A stretch of DNA of 63,834 nt, counting the filler, from Octopus bimaculoides (taxonomy: Eukaryota): NCBI RefSeq assembly GCF_001194135.2. It is 9 parts of 9 records of this genome, joined end to end, with 100 filler letters (N's around TTAATTAATTAA, not from the genome) between each part and the next. Parts side by side here need not be neighbours in the genome. Positions count along the whole stretch, not along the records: positions 62,423 to 63,834 come from NW_026356883.1; 8 more parts are not named here. One strand, given 5' to 3'. This document shows, one piece after another, positions 63,511-63,834 of this stretch. The position numbers were made by a program, and so were the translations under genes. The stretch's first letter is position 1. The number at the start of each line of letters is the position of its first letter. A model generated the notes under the pieces. That model ran no database searches. It was not told the origin of the DNA and saw only the letters and a list, made by a program, of their open reading frames with translations.

Positions 63511-63834
63511 GAACAAAAAATGATAGTGGAGGCATACAAGGAAACCGAACGAAAACAAAGAGGGTCGTAAGACCAAAACGAGAGGAAAATAGTGAATGCT
63601 GGGAGAAATTTTTTTTTTTTTTGGAAAGGGAAAAGATAGAAGAGAGAGATGATAGACGTTCAGTCCTTAGAACGTCCGTACAGGAAAAGAAAGATGGTTA
63701 CGTGAGGAAATGAAAGATGGAAGATGGTCACGTGTGAGCAACGAGAGAAAGAAAAAAGAAAGAGGGGGAGAGAGAGAAAGAGATAGAAAACGATAAAGGG
63801 GAGAAAAGGGGAATTAGAGAAGCATGGGGGGGGG

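Overview
Eukaryotic, AT-rich, gene-poor and repeat-dense DNA from a gappy draft assembly. The SINE and microsatellite landscape points to an octopus-type cephalopod genome; this is inferred from recalled repeat families, not from a search. No intact host gene, rRNA, true tRNA or CRISPR array can be supported. Almost all supplied ORFs are microsatellite or N-gap artefacts. The recognisable content is transposable elements: two Penelope-like (GIY-YIG) remnants, CR1-, RTE- and Tx1/L1-type LINE pieces, four Tc1/mariner-superfamily transposase remnants, several MITEs, two long-TIR elements and about 14 tRNA-headed SINE copies or fragments. Best leads: (1) an unusual density of minimal hammerhead-ribozyme motifs in short non-coding repeats, including two copies whose consensus rebuilds a complete type I hammerhead; (2) a textbook AG|GTGAGT recursive-splice candidate at 1450; (3) a SINE head fused to the 5' end of a young Tx1-like LINE; (4) a 3' tail shared by the main SINE and the CR1 LINE; (5) a PHD finger inside an RTE reverse transcriptase; (6) a 1.1-kb inverted-repeat element with mirror-image microsatellite ends. 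All calls were made by eye. Coordinates of decayed repeats are approximate.
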